A DNA stretch of 64,000 nt from contig NC_082726.1 of NCBI RefSeq assembly GCF_030144855.1, positions 36,394,001-36,458,000 of the forward strand, in the 5' to 3' direction. The stretch comes from Hypanus sabinus (lineage: Eukaryota). Shown in pieces: positions 63,018-64,000 of this stretch (positions within the stretch are counted from its first letter, which is position 1; the number at the start of each line of letters is the position of its first letter). The position numbers were made by a program, and so were the translations under genes. A model generated the notes under the pieces. The model was not told where the DNA came from. It was given only the letters and a program-made list of their open reading frames with translations, and searched no databases.

Positions 63018-63269
63018 GTGAGTCAGACCAGTTTTAGCATTAGTCTTGTCATTTTCCTTTCTTAATAATTCATTATATTGAGATTTTGTTATTTACACAG
63101 TTTGCTGGCTAATTTTGGAAAACTGCTTATTTTAAATTTCAAAAGTTTGAGGAGCACAAGACAGAGCCCACATTGAAGGCTGACTTCATTGTCATAGCAA
63201 GCACAAAGCCAGGTCTTGTTTGCAGCACACGAGTGTTGGACTTTGTTCTGGGGGAAAATGAGGAAGATA

Positions 63270-63957
63270 CAGCTATCAGGAAGCTACAGGAAGATAAACT
63301 AAATCGAGAAAATTGCTGTGAATCCTCTCATTTCTTTAGGACACTATGCCACCTAACAGAGATAGGACTCTGTTGCTGAACAGTTTCGAACTAGCATCAG
63401 TCACGTGCACTTGTATGGCTGTTTAAACACTATACCGTGCTTAGAGCGAGCAGTTTTTAAATAACGCCAATTACTCATGTTTGTGTTCAAAAAGCACAGA
63501 TTTTTTTCACTAATAGTTGGCGAGAAATAAGCAGCAAGACAATTCAGAACACAGATGCCAGAGATGGTAGAATGAAAATGAAACAATTCACTGCTTCAAT
63601 AAGTTAGGAACTACGAAGAATTTGAATGTATCAACAATCATCTTGAATGTTACAATGAAAATGAAAACTTGGATGCAAAAGTTGAAAGACTTACATTAAG
63701 GCAGTCGATTATCTGCATTAGATATCTGTGCTTGCGAACACTGGATGAGTTCCTTCATTGGTAACTATTGGGAACTAATACAGTTTTAGAGTAGTATTGG
63801 TAGTGTTCTCTGTTTATTCTGTATTTCATTTAAGTACGTATTTGTTACTCAGTTAAATGGTAGTTTGCCTGCTTTATACCTTTTGGCTAATTGAGACAGC
63901 TGCTTAATGGGCCAAAATGTACAGGTCCCGATGTGTCCCAATTAAGCGAAATCCACT
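63270..63957. mobile_element. Tigger/pogo-like non-autonomous DNA transposon
   Basis: Right end tgtgtcccaattaagcgaaatccac and subterminal sequence match the MITE at 16209-16581. Left end is indistinct. Confidence 0.55.
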
Positions 63958-64000
63958 TGCTTTCCTTCTATCCACCATTCCAAAAATGTGCAGGTTGGTA

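Overview
Eukaryotic, AT-rich and repeat-dense vertebrate DNA. The repeat landscape (Penelope pLTRs, CR1, Rex1/Babar, L1, Tc1, hAT) suggests a cartilaginous fish, probably a ray; this is inference. Three genes sit in the conserved HIF1AN-NDUFB8-SEC31B order. (i) HIF1AN/FIH-1 coding exon 1 is on the minus strand (13244-13372); the remaining exons were not found, so intron 1 exceeds 13 kb and leaves the window. (ii) NDUFB8 is complete on the plus strand (5 exons, 13774-29337, 188 aa) and lies head-to-head with HIF1AN across a 401-bp CpG-rich spacer carrying NRF1 and CTCF motifs. (iii) The 5' part of SEC31B comprises a probable non-coding exon in a CpG island at about 34.4 kb plus 9 coding exons (39112-63017, 395 codons: WD40 propeller and linker). 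Introns hold a full-length frameshifted L1 with a 12-bp TSD, a truncated L1, two Tc1 elements, two non-autonomous hATs that each carry a related Gypsy-type solo LTR, many Penelope ends with minimal hammerhead ribozyme motifs (two as long palindromes), SINEs and LINE fragments. No prokaryotic-type systems such as CRISPR or operons are present. The most unusual signals are the LTR-in-hAT association, the hammerhead palindromes, an orphan CpG/CTCF island in HIF1AN intron 1, YY1-like motifs in the L1 spacer, a 0.9-kb non-coding YY1-headed retroelement and a splice-spanning uORF abutting the SEC31B AUG. Exon coordinates were read base by base; boundaries of decayed repeats are approximate.
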